From: an uncultured Chloroflexia bacterium
GTDB lineage: Bacteria; Chloroflexota; Limnocylindria; Limnocylindrales; CSP1-4
Assembly: GCA_963833225.1 (NCBI GenBank)
Contig: CAWHXD010000008.1
Coordinates: forward strand, 288,001 to 352,000
Reading direction: 5' to 3'
Length of the DNA: 64,000 nt
Both the position numbers and the translations under genes were made by a program. Shown here piece after piece: positions 62,989-64,000 of the stretch; positions within the stretch are counted from its first letter, which is position 1; each line of letters opens with the position of its first letter. The notes beneath the pieces are model-generated. The model was given only the letters and a program-made list of their open reading frames with translations, made no database searches and had not been told where the DNA came from.

Positions 62989-63133
62989 TGACTCCTCCTT
63001 CGGCCGGCGACACCCGTGCACGTTGGTCGAGCCGGACCGCGGCATTATCCCCCTTTCTGGCCAACGTCTTGGTGAGCAAGGGCCGGATGGCCCCCGCTCA
63101 CCATCGCCGCGTTCGCGAGCAACGTGGCGTCCC

Positions 63134-63181
<48 letters not shown>

Positions 63182-63274
63182 CAGTCATCGACCTGTGCGT
63201 GGACCTCGCGGCAGCCTGGGTGAGGAGCGAGGGCGACGGTAGGGGGGTGAGGGGAAGGAGCGGCAAGGGGTGCG

Positions 63275-64000
<726 letters not shown>

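Overview
High-GC bacterial chromosomal window, mostly core genome. Gene content, GAAC-N4-GTTC LexA boxes and the many leaderless-type promoters suggest a Chloroflexota- or Actinomycetota-like organism (inference, most likely Chloroflexota). It carries DNA repair and replication genes (uvrA 5' end, uvrB, mutM, polA, dnaE, ligA 3' end), coaE, an ABC-F ATPase, two OmpR-type two-component systems, an ECF sigma factor, tRNA-Leu(CAA), gnd-zwf-GH15, a nucleoside uptake/salvage cluster, gatCA and gatB split by a LacI-controlled cellobiose (GH94/GH1) cluster, a probable 6S RNA and a polar amino-acid ABC transporter. Many essential genes are frameshifted and there is a 47-nt poly-T, so the sequence looks like error-prone long-read data. 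The most unusual features are: (1) an ECF sigma followed by two anti-sigma-like genes that share an almost identical ~400-bp 5' half but have unrelated middle/C-terminal halves, with a GGAACC-N16-CGTCAA ECF promoter in front of the second copy only; (2) a ~195-nt structured non-coding element bracketed by 11-bp direct repeats; (3) a HicB-like/DinB-like/GNAT fusion inside the uvrB SOS transcription unit.
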